DNA of 64,000 nt from a bacterium (lineage in GTDB: Bacteria; Hinthialibacterota; Hinthialibacteria; Hinthialibacterales; Hinthialibacteraceae), in assembly GCA_963662285.2 (NCBI GenBank), contig CAXXMV010000008.1, positions 164,242 through 228,241 of the forward strand. The letters are read 5' to 3'. Position numbers and translations under genes: made by a program. Shown one piece after another: positions 11,128 to 19,379 of this stretch. Under the pieces are notes generated by a model. That model did no database searches. It was given only the letters and a program-made list of their open reading frames with translations, and was not told the origin of the DNA. Within the stretch, counting starts at the first letter, position 1; the number at the start of each line of letters is the position of its first letter.

Positions 11128-11913
11128 ATGAAAAAAATTTGTATTTTATTTGTTCTAGTCAGTTTTGCGGTTTTTTTTAATGGATTTACTGCATTTGGTG
11201 AATTGATTTTCGAAGACGATTTTATGGGTGAGAATGTTAGTGGGATTGATCCATTGAATTGGCAGTGGTGGCTTAATTCTGATATTATTTTTGTCAGTGA
11301 AGCGGATGACGTCCCCGAATATGGACCTGGCGTCCTTACTATAGGAAATGGAACCGCACATATCGGTCTGGAAAATGAAGCAACCAAAAATCTTGTGGAT
11401 TACCGCGTCACGGTCCTTTGGGTAGACAGATTAATCGACGGCGAAACGGATGATGCTGATTTTCATATTGGCATTCGTTGCGCTGAATACGATGCGGAAA
11501 CACAATTCCCTGAAAGTTGTTATGAAATAGAAGTGGATGGCGATGATAACGACTCGGCTAATGTAGTCCCGGAAGACGGGCCTACGTCATTCCACCTGTT
11601 TATTCGTGGAGGGGCCGCTGCGGTTGATAATAATGGAAATGCGTTAGCTCATGCGACCAGGGATATAGTGCCAAGACCGATTGCCAATGTCTGGTATTGG
11701 ACATCCATCCAGATTCAAGGATTCGTCTTTCAAGGCAAGCAATGGAGATATAGCGCAGAGGAGCCGGATTGGCAATTGGAAGGTGAAGATTTAGACAAAC
11801 AATTCCCCTCTGGCGGCATACGGGTAGGAGTATGGTCGGGAATGGCTGAAATTGCGTATGTCAGAGTAGAAACAATTGAGCCTACCAGCGTTTCAGACTG
11901 GTCTTTGTATTAG
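11128..11913 (+). CDS. Secreted hypothetical protein, jelly-roll (LamG/DUF1080-like) suspected, with C-terminal W-x-L-Y tail
   Basis: ATG at 11128 is 7 nt after GGGGAG (the track start 11113 lacks an RBS). Signal peptide MKKICILFVLVSFAVFF. Ends ...VSDWSLY. Confidence 0.6.
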   Translation: MKKICILFVLVSFAVFFNGFTAFGELIFEDDFMGENVSGIDPLNWQWWLNSDIIFVSEADDVPEYGPGVLTIGNGTAHIGLENEATKNLVDYRVTVLWVDRLIDGETDDADFHIGIRCAEYDAETQFPESCYEIEVDGDDNDSANVVPEDGPTSFHLFIRGGAAAVDNNGNALAHATRDIVPRPIANVWYWTSIQIQGFVFQGKQWRYSAEEPDWQLEGEDLDKQFPSGGIRVGVWSGMAEIAYVRVETIEPTSVSDWSLY

Positions 11914-11943
11914 AACATTAGATTTATTCAGTATTTGAGCCAA

Positions 11944-11984
11944 AAAGGATGAGACAAAGCAAATGTTTGTCTCATCCTTTTTCT
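11944..11984. terminator. Bidirectional rho-independent terminator between convergent genes
   Basis: 14-bp perfect stem AAAGGATGAGACAA / TTGTCTCATCCTTT, 9-nt loop, A-run upstream and T-run downstream. Confidence 0.8.
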
Positions 11985-12078
11985 ATTCGCGTCATTATAT
12001 CAAACAACCTTGATCCATTATAAAAACAATGTGCATCAATGCGCTTTCAATACACATATACTTTTGCTAACCGCTCTA

Positions 12079-13362
12079 TTAGTCTTTTTTTGATGCGTTC
12101 TGTTTTAAGATTGATAAAATCCGGTTGGCCAGCGGTTCTTGAGGATTGATCTTTAGCGCTGCTTTTAAATGTTTATGCGCTTCATTTACGTTATTTGATT
12201 CAAGATAGCATTGCGTCAAAAGAGAATGAATTACAGCTTTGTTCTCATGAAATTCCAGGCACTGTTTTAAGTATGTAATAGCTGTTTGAAAATCTCCACT
12301 GGACATATAAATTTGCGCTAGATAAAACTGCGCTTCGGGATGTGTTTGTTCCAACTCCAAAGTTCTTTTCATTTCCTCCGCCGCCAAATCACCTCTGCCA
12401 ATTTCTAAATAGATTAATCCCATCTCGAAATGGGTTTCCGCCGTGTCCGGGTGATGACGCAGGTAACTGCGGTAAAAGTTGCGTTTAGCTTTCCCCATAC
12501 GGTTGATAGTATCTAAACTTTGTTTCGCCAGTTTGACTTTATTACGTTCACGCTTAATGGAGTAGATCTTCACTAATTGAAATAATGCATGCTGATAAAA
12601 CGGATCATCATCAATAATTTTTTCAAACAATTCTTGCGCATCATCAGTTTTGCGTTGTTTTATTAATAATTTGCCATACTCATAACGCGCCCGAATGTTT
12701 TTGGGATATTTCTCAAGGATTCTTTCATATAACGCAGTGGGCGTCTCTCCTTGCTGATGTTTGATTAGGGCTTGCAAAACCAAAGAATGTTCATGAGTTG
12801 TATTCTTAATTAAATTTGACGCTTGAGCGACATGGCCTTGGGTATGCAGGATAACAGCTTTGCGGTAGATGGCATCTATATTATCCGGTTCAATTTGTAA
12901 TATAGTTTCCAGATGTTTTAGTGCAGGTGGATAGCGCTCTAAACGGTGATAGACGTTTACTAATTCTTCCAGATATTCAATTGAATCCGGCGCAAGTTTT
13001 ACTGCTTGGTTTAAGTTCGCAAGAGAACGTTCCGGATCGGATTTCTGACTTCCAAGTATTTTACCTAAAAGGTAATATGCTTGATGCGCTGTAGGATTCA
13101 GTTGGATTATGTGATCCAGGATGCTGATAGATTGTGGATAATACCTATGTATATAATAAAACTGCGTCAACGCCATCAGGTGCACAATATTTTCCGGTTC
13201 ATTTTTAATGGACTGAATAAGAATAGTTTCTTGTTTTTGTAATGCAGAATTTTCTATCGCAGGTTTAATATCAAAACTAAGGTCAGCGCACCATATTTCC
13301 AGTACAGTGCATGTAATGGTTAATAACAAAATGTGAGCAATGTAAATTAATTTCATTTTCAT
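12079..13362 (-). CDS. TPR repeat protein
   Basis: Signal/anchor N-terminus followed by about 10 TPR-like units. ATGA overlap with the upstream CRTAC1-like gene. Confidence 0.75.
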   Translation of the reverse strand: MKMKLIYIAHILLLTITCTVLEIWCADLSFDIKPAIENSALQKQETILIQSIKNEPENIVHLMALTQFYYIHRYYPQSISILDHIIQLNPTAHQAYYLLGKILGSQKSDPERSLANLNQAVKLAPDSIEYLEELVNVYHRLERYPPALKHLETILQIEPDNIDAIYRKAVILHTQGHVAQASNLIKNTTHEHSLVLQALIKHQQGETPTALYERILEKYPKNIRARYEYGKLLIKQRKTDDAQELFEKIIDDDPFYQHALFQLVKIYSIKRERNKVKLAKQSLDTINRMGKAKRNFYRSYLRHHPDTAETHFEMGLIYLEIGRGDLAAEEMKRTLELEQTHPEAQFYLAQIYMSSGDFQTAITYLKQCLEFHENKAVIHSLLTQCYLESNNVNEAHKHLKAALKINPQEPLANRILSILKQNASKKD

Positions 13363-15041
13363 TCTTCTGTTATTGTGAGCCTTTGATTGGCTTTGACATT
13401 ATGCAAGACGTTTTTTTTGCCGGATGTCCATTCTATTACAATTTCATCTACCGTATCTAATTTTCCTAATCCTATATGAACATCAAAACTGCTTTGTGAA
13501 AGAAAACTGCAACCACTCTTTACGCCTTTCATAACTTTCAAATTCCCGTTTGTGCATTTGACAACAGTTCCAATAGCTGAACGATTGGAAGTAGTACCTC
13601 GCAATTGCAGGTGCAGCCAGTTGTTTTGATTGGCGCCGTCATTGCGCAAAATGGCGGCTTTCCCGTTCAGGGTATTTAGAACAATATCCAAATCTCCATC
13701 TTGGTCGATATCTCCTATAGCGCTGCCGCGCCCGACGCGTGGTAAATTAAAATCTTTACCAAGGCTCTTCACTAAAGTGAATTTTCCGTTGTTGTTGACA
13801 TACATTTGAGGAGATTGCGCGAAGGTTGTATCCAAATCAGGATGATCGGCTTCAGGATAAACATGCCCGTTGCAAAAAAACAAATCATCATCGCCATCAT
13901 TATCAAAGTCTATCCAATGGGTTCCCCAACCTAGTGAAGTATATGTTGTATGACCAACTCCACTGGTGTAGGTTTCATTATCAAACATACCGTCTCCGAC
14001 TCCATACAATACGGAAAAAGGTTCTTCAGAAAAATTTGTGACAGCTAAATCCCATTGGAAATCCCCGTTTGCATCACCATAATCGGCGCCCATAGAAGCC
14101 ATTTCAGTACCGTCTTCGCTATAGGAAATACCGGCAATCAGTCCTGTTTCTTCAAATGTTCCATCACCATTATTGATATAGAGATAGCTGGGCATTGAAT
14201 CATTGGACACATAAAGATCAGGGTAACGGTCATTGTTAATATCCGTCCATAAGCAAGTAAAACTATAAGCAGCAGGCGCATTCATTAAACCGGATGTTTG
14301 GGTAACGTTTTCGAATGTTCCATCCCTATTGTTATGGAACAAAGACATGCCTTGCGCCTTATATGCTCTTGGTCCGGGATATACATTAAATCCACGCCAT
14401 TCAGCCGATTTTTCCGGTTCTCCAGGTTTTCGTTGAATCGACTCTAAATCCAGATAATCCGCCACCACCAAATCAACCCAGCCGTCCAAATCGTAATCTC
14501 CAAAGGCGACGCCCGTGCTTAATAAATTTGATTGACATCCCGCATCCTCTGTTATATCAGTGAATGTTCCATCGCCGTTGTTGCGGTAAAATTTGTTGGG
14601 GCCATAGTTTGTAACATAAAAATCCACATCGCCGTCATTATCATAATCAGCGGCAGCACATCCCATTCCCCAGCCGTTATCTCCAACGCCAGCGTCTTGA
14701 GTTATATCAGCAAAAGTGCCGTCATGGTTGTTGCGATATAGTTGATTGATCGCTTGAGGCTTGTTTTCAAAATGATTGCCATTCACGAAATAGATATCCA
14801 GCCAGCCGTCTCCATCAGCATCAAACAATGCCACGCTACCACCTTTGGCTTCGATGATGCATTTTTTATCGGTTGGATGCCCGCTGGAGTGAACAAAGTT
14901 GATTCCAGCGGATTGGGTAATATCCTTGAAAGTAACAGGAGCGGATGTCATCTGTATGCAAAGTAGAATATGGATCATTAGAATAACTATTAAAAATTGT
15001 TTAGTCATAATAAATAGAAAAGTAAGCAACAGTTCAGCCAC
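13359..15041 (-). CDS. CRTAC1/ASPIC-UnbV family protein with FG-GAP/VCBS repeats
   Basis: FKDITQSAGINF start, repeated DxDGDGxxD FG-GAP motifs, C-terminal UnbV_ASPIC-like segment (NNWLHLQLRGTTSNRSAIG...FLSQSS...HIGLG). The start may be the internal ATG at 15008. Confidence 0.8.
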   Translation of the reverse strand: MAELLLTFLFIMTKQFLIVILMIHILLCIQMTSAPVTFKDITQSAGINFVHSSGHPTDKKCIIEAKGGSVALFDADGDGWLDIYFVNGNHFENKPQAINQLYRNNHDGTFADITQDAGVGDNGWGMGCAAADYDNDGDVDFYVTNYGPNKFYRNNGDGTFTDITEDAGCQSNLLSTGVAFGDYDLDGWVDLVVADYLDLESIQRKPGEPEKSAEWRGFNVYPGPRAYKAQGMSLFHNNRDGTFENVTQTSGLMNAPAAYSFTCLWTDINNDRYPDLYVSNDSMPSYLYINNGDGTFEETGLIAGISYSEDGTEMASMGADYGDANGDFQWDLAVTNFSEEPFSVLYGVGDGMFDNETYTSGVGHTTYTSLGWGTHWIDFDNDGDDDLFFCNGHVYPEADHPDLDTTFAQSPQMYVNNNGKFTLVKSLGKDFNLPRVGRGSAIGDIDQDGDLDIVLNTLNGKAAILRNDGANQNNWLHLQLRGTTSNRSAIGTVVKCTNGNLKVMKGVKSGCSFLSQSSFDVHIGLGKLDTVDEIVIEWTSGKKNVLHNVKANQRLTITEE

Positions 15042-15092
15042 ATGAAGTTATAAAATAATAATTATGCTTTATACAAAGCGTTTAGGCTCTGA

Positions 15093-15180
15093 TTCTCCCC
15101 CCAAGTTTGGGGGGAGTTAGGTGGGGGTTACGCTTCGACTAATCAACCCCCACCTAACCTCCCCCAGGCTTGGGGGAGGG
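15093..15180 (+). repeat. REP/BIME-like palindromic element, short form (copy S1)
   Basis: TTCTCCCCCCAAGTTTGGGGGGAG-TTAGGTGGGGGTT-loop-AACCCCCACCTAA-CCTCCCCCAGGCTTGGGGGAGGG. Two terminal hairpins plus a central stem. Near-identical copy at 19235. Confidence 0.85.
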
Positions 15181-15292
15181 ATACGCGCTTCAATGGGCTA
15201 ACCTATTACAAAATTAATAGGGGTGTAAAAACACCCCTATTATGAATTGGATATCATCAATGATATAGGGTAATCTGTCTTCATAAATCAAA

Positions 15293-16273
15293 CTAAAACA
15301 ACGCCCATTCGCCTACATTTGTTCCACCGCCTAATGGATTATCGCTGGTAAAACGCATTTCACGGAAGAACTCAACACTCGATTCATTAGCTTGATGCCA
15401 TCTTTGAAGATGGAATTGTTCTTCATCCCAATCAACCCAGTTGATATTGAAACCAATTGGTTCATCTGGTTCGAATGAAGGAAATACACCCCATGGGAGC
15501 ATAATTTCCTGTACATAAGACGAATGTTGATCCCATGGTTTATCATCTAATTTTACTGCGCGTTGAATTTGCTCCAGAATAGCGATTTCATCACTATCTT
15601 CCGTATCTAATGCAGAGCGGAAAATAGCATAATCAAGCGGTAAACCATTCGCCATTATGTTTGGAAGATCAAATTCTTCTTTGATAAGCGCTTCATCAAT
15701 GCTAAAAGCAGTTTGCAAGTCAAATTCTGAGCTTGTATCATCATTGATATTGACTGGTTCACGGTTATTATCGTTGTCAAACCACATTTCAATACCATCA
15801 TTGGTAAAACCGGGTTGGTTGGCAGTATCCCGCTCCGGGTAGCTGCTTTCAAACCAACCAATCTGGCTGTCGGTTACAACATTCAACAGATAAAACCCTT
15901 CATCATTCCAACCGATATAAGTAATCGCAGAAAAATCATCTTCACCATCCGCTTCAAAGTTTGCTTCATTGCTTACTAACACTTTGGCTGGATCAAATTC
16001 AAAATGGTCGCCTGTTGTCAGTGCATCTGGATCATAAGCATTATCAGTTGCCTCATTTCCAAAGCCTTGACCTTCAGGTACATCAAGCATAACAGCAGGA
16101 TCGCCAAATGCTTCCAAGGGCCAATCCGATGGATCACCGTCAATTGTGATGCTGATGTTAGCGCCAAATTTACGGCAATTGATAAAACGGTCTTGCGCAA
16201 AAACCATTTGAGTAAATAAAGAAACAGCCATGATTCCCGTTACAAAAATGACTAAACGTTTCGATCTACTCAT
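15293..16273 (-). CDS. Secreted carbohydrate-binding (CBM9/DOMON-like) protein with C-terminal W-x-L-F tail
   Basis: Strong RBS AAGGAGGGG. Signal peptide. ITIDGDPSDWP, GWNDEGFYLL, DGIEMWFDNDNN motifs typical of CBM9-like sugar-binding modules. Ends ...VGEWALF. Confidence 0.5.
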   Translation of the reverse strand: MSRSKRLVIFVTGIMAVSLFTQMVFAQDRFINCRKFGANISITIDGDPSDWPLEAFGDPAVMLDVPEGQGFGNEATDNAYDPDALTTGDHFEFDPAKVLVSNEANFEADGEDDFSAITYIGWNDEGFYLLNVVTDSQIGWFESSYPERDTANQPGFTNDGIEMWFDNDNNREPVNINDDTSSEFDLQTAFSIDEALIKEEFDLPNIMANGLPLDYAIFRSALDTEDSDEIAILEQIQRAVKLDDKPWDQHSSYVQEIMLPWGVFPSFEPDEPIGFNINWVDWDEEQFHLQRWHQANESSVEFFREMRFTSDNPLGGGTNVGEWALF

Positions 16274-16440
16274 ATAACCCCTCCTTTTTTATAAAAATGT
16301 ATTATTAAACTTAATTACACTAACATAAAATTATTGTACATGTCAACCTTTATTTTATTCTTTCGATAGACCGCTTTAACAGATGCAAATGCTTAAATTC
16401 TCCTGATTCATTTGCCTATTAAGGGTTGACTATATTTCGG

Positions 16441-16523
16441 TCAAACGTTGATTCTACAACTTACTGTTTGAAGTATCCCTCAAGCGCTTGATTCTATTCG
16501 TAACCCGTTCAAACCTTTGATTC
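16441..16523. promoter_or_regulatory. Three operator-like palindromes TCAA-N3/4-TTGATTC upstream of the sugar ABC operon
   Basis: TCAAACGTTGATTC (16441), TCAAGCGCTTGATTC (16480), TCAAACCTTTGATTC (16509). The centres resemble LacI-family AANCGNTT half-site cores. TATAAT at 16558..16563 follows. Confidence 0.4.
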
Positions 16524-16617
16524 ACATACGACTTGCCCTAAAATGTGGAACTTGCAATATAATTGTTAAAATATTAATTCTTGTAATGATCCACTATTTT
16601 CTTAAGGAGAACGGGTA

Positions 16618-17604
16618 ATGAAACGATTCGGAATCATATCAACGTTATTTTGTGGTTTAATCGCAATAAGTCTCATGTTTTCAATGGGATGCGCAAAAAA
16701 AGAAGCGAGTGGAAAACTTAGAATTGCTGTTATCCCTAAAGGAACAGCTCATATCTTCTGGCAAAGCGTCCATGCCGGAGCGGTTACTGCTGGAAAAGAA
16801 TTCGGCGTAGAAATAAAATGGCAGGGTCCAGCCACTGAGACCATGAAAGAAGCCCAAATTTCCATCGTTAACGATTTTATCGTCAAGCAAGTAGATGGCA
16901 TTGTCCTGGCGCCCCAGGATCAGGAAGCGCTGGTCGGCGCGGTGGAAGACGCCTTCGAAGCCAAGATTCCTCTGGCCATATTCGACTCAGGCATCAACAC
17001 TGACAAATACGTCAGTTTCGCAGCTACCGACAACTATAAAGGCGGCGTGGCCGCTGCTAACGAGATGGCTCGTCTATTAGATAACAAGGGCACCTGCATC
17101 ATCACCAAAGTCGATCCCGGCAGCGATTCAACCCTGCAACGCGAAAAAGGATTCGAAGATACTCTGGCTGAAAAATACCCTGATATAAAAGTTATTGACG
17201 CTCAGTTCGGCTACAGCGACCGTGAAAAATCACGCGCCGTTACTGAAGATATGCTGATCAAACATCCTGAGGTCGATGCAATATTCGGTCCCAACGAATC
17301 AAGCACCTCCGGCGCTCTGCTAGCCCTGCAAGCCATTGATCTGGCGGGTAAGAAAATCTTCGTCGGCTTCGATTCATCCGACGCCCTGATCCAGGCCATG
17401 AAGAAAAATGAGATCAACGCTTTGATCCTGCAAAATCCTTTCAAGATGGGTTATGAAGGCGTTAAAGCGGTAGTGCGTCACATTAAAGGCGAAAAAGTTG
17501 AAAAACGCATCGATACAGGCGTTTATTTGATCACCCCGGAAAATATGGATGAACCTGATAACAAACTGTTGCTTTCACCTGATTTATCAGTTCTAGGTGA
17601 ATAG
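16618..17604 (+). CDS. Sugar ABC transporter substrate-binding lipoprotein (RbsB-like, PBP type 1)
   Basis: RBS AAGGAG. Lipobox (FSMGC). IAVIPKGTAHIFWQSVHAGA, NDFIVKQVDGIVLAP, GFDSSDA motifs of the ribose/galactose-binding family. Confidence 0.85.
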   Translation: MKRFGIISTLFCGLIAISLMFSMGCAKKEASGKLRIAVIPKGTAHIFWQSVHAGAVTAGKEFGVEIKWQGPATETMKEAQISIVNDFIVKQVDGIVLAPQDQEALVGAVEDAFEAKIPLAIFDSGINTDKYVSFAATDNYKGGVAAANEMARLLDNKGTCIITKVDPGSDSTLQREKGFEDTLAEKYPDIKVIDAQFGYSDREKSRAVTEDMLIKHPEVDAIFGPNESSTSGALLALQAIDLAGKKIFVGFDSSDALIQAMKKNEINALILQNPFKMGYEGVKAVVRHIKGEKVEKRIDTGVYLITPENMDEPDNKLLLSPDLSVLGE

Positions 17605-17627
17605 TAATAATTAGGTCGCATTCGCGA

Positions 17628-17663
17628 TTTGGTTGAAGCCAGAACAGATTGGCTTCAACCAAA
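17628..17663 (+). other. Intercistronic 13-bp perfect hairpin after the binding-protein gene
   Basis: TTTGGTTGAAGCC - 10-nt loop - GGCTTCAACCAAA. No U-run, so probably an mRNA-stabilising or partial-termination hairpin. Confidence 0.5.
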
Positions 17664-17724
17664 ACCAAAGATGATAAAAACTCACAAATTTTTGACAATC
17701 GCTCTAGAGGAAGGTTAATTATCC

Positions 17725-19224
17725 GTGGAGCCTTTACTTTCTATGAAACAAATTTCGAAAGCGTTCGGGGCGACCCGCGCCTTATCGAATGTTGATTTGG
17801 ATGTTTATGCCGGTCAGGTGCATATTCTGGTCGGCGAAAATGGCGCCGGCAAAAGCACTCTGATGAAAATCCTGACCGGCGTACATGCGGCGGATCATGG
17901 TGAAATCCAATTCATGGGAAAGCCCTTCACTGCCCGGCATCCCAAAGAAGCCTCAAACGCTGGCATCGCCATGATCTACCAGGAATTTAATCTGGCGCTG
18001 GACTTGCCAGTCTACTCCAATATCTTTCTGGGTCACGAATATAGCAGGGCTGGCGTGGTGGGTAAAAAACGTCAGATAAACGAGACGCGCAAAATATTCC
18101 AACGTCTTGATTCAGATATAAACCCATCGGTTCCTGTACGTCAATTAGGCATCGCCCAGCGGCAGTTGGTTGAGATTGCCCGTGCGCTTAGCGTTGACGC
18201 CAAACTGATCATAATGGACGAACCTACTGCTGCGTTATCTGATAACGAGGCTCAAAAACTGTTTGAAACGGTTCTCTCGCTTCGCGACCAGGGCGTTGGC
18301 ATTATTTATATTTCACACTATCTGGAAGAATTCGACCATATTGGAAATGTGTACACCGTCCTGCGGGATGGCGAGAAAGTCGGTTACGGCCAGATCGAGG
18401 ATACCAACTCTGAAGAGCTGATCCAGTTGATGGTGGGGCGTAAGATCGAAGACCTTTACCCTCAACATGAAAACAAACCAGGGAAGGTTCTGTTATCTCT
18501 CAGCAACCTGCGAAGCCCCAATGGCACCAAGCGGGCTGATATCGAAGTTCGCGCTGGAGAGATCGTGGGCATCGCGGGTCTGGTTGGCGCAGGCCGCACC
18601 GAAATGATGCGCGCCCTGTTTGGTCTTGATCCTCAACAGGTCGATGACCTAAGCGTTCAGGGAGTCACCATCATCCCCCCCACCCCGCGCAAACTTATCA
18701 AGCATCATGTTGGTTTGCTCAGTGAAGACCGGGCTGGCGAGGGATTAGCCCAGAAGATGACGATCAGCACTAACATCACTCTTTCCATCCCCGATAAAGT
18801 CAGTAAATACGGTATTGTCTCGTTCCGTAAATGCCGCGAATTATCAGATAGATTAATCAGGGATGTTGGCATCAAAGCCAGTTCTTCAGAACAGAATATA
18901 AATCAACTGTCCGGCGGCAACCAGCAAAAAGTGGCCATCGCGCGTCTGCTAGGCGCCGAGACCATTGTTCCCCTGCTGGACGAACCGACGCGGGGCATCG
19001 ATGTCGGTTCCAAAGCCGAAATCTATAAGTTAATTGTCGCTCTATCCAAAGAAGGCAAAGGCGTTGTTATGGTCTCCAGTTACCTGCCGGAACTGTTCGG
19101 TATGTGCGACTCGATCTACGTCATGGCGCGGGGACGGTTAAGTAAAAAACATAGTATAAAAGATATCGACGCAGACAAAGTTATGGCGCTGGCCACCGGA
19201 GTTTCGACAGACCACGCAGCGTAA
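17725..19224 (+). CDS. Sugar ABC transporter ATP-binding protein, tandem ABC domains (RbsA-like)
   Basis: GTG start giving MEPLLSMKQISKAFG (RbsA-like N-terminus). Walker A GENGAGKST, signature LSGGNQQKV, second degenerate nucleotide-binding domain. Confidence 0.9.
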   Translation: MEPLLSMKQISKAFGATRALSNVDLDVYAGQVHILVGENGAGKSTLMKILTGVHAADHGEIQFMGKPFTARHPKEASNAGIAMIYQEFNLALDLPVYSNIFLGHEYSRAGVVGKKRQINETRKIFQRLDSDINPSVPVRQLGIAQRQLVEIARALSVDAKLIIMDEPTAALSDNEAQKLFETVLSLRDQGVGIIYISHYLEEFDHIGNVYTVLRDGEKVGYGQIEDTNSEELIQLMVGRKIEDLYPQHENKPGKVLLSLSNLRSPNGTKRADIEVRAGEIVGIAGLVGAGRTEMMRALFGLDPQQVDDLSVQGVTIIPPTPRKLIKHHVGLLSEDRAGEGLAQKMTISTNITLSIPDKVSKYGIVSFRKCRELSDRLIRDVGIKASSSEQNINQLSGGNQQKVAIARLLGAETIVPLLDEPTRGIDVGSKAEIYKLIVALSKEGKGVVMVSSYLPELFGMCDSIYVMARGRLSKKHSIKDIDADKVMALATGVSTDHAA

Positions 19225-19234
19225 GAGAATAACA

Positions 19235-19321
19235 TTCTCCCACCAAGTTTGGGGGGTGTTAGAGGGGGGTTGCATTCCACCAATCAATCCCCTCCTAACC
19301 TCCCCCAGTTTTGGGGGAGGG
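19235..19321 (+). repeat. REP/BIME-like palindromic element, short form (copy S2), inside the ABC operon
   Basis: TTCTCCCACCAAGTTTGGGGGGTG-TTAGAGGGGGGTT-loop-AATCCCCTCCTAA-CCTCCCCCAGTTTTGGGGGAGGG. Same orientation and architecture as S1. Confidence 0.85.
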
Positions 19322-19379
19322 ATCATACGATTCAGTTTACTGAGCAATTATTTCAAAAAGCAATGAATGGTGTTCAAAC

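Noticed and set aside
11100-11387. 95- and 68-aa minus-strand ORFs opposite the secreted protein gene at 11128
   Set aside because: They are antisense to a gene with an RBS, signal peptide and terminator, and have no independent support.
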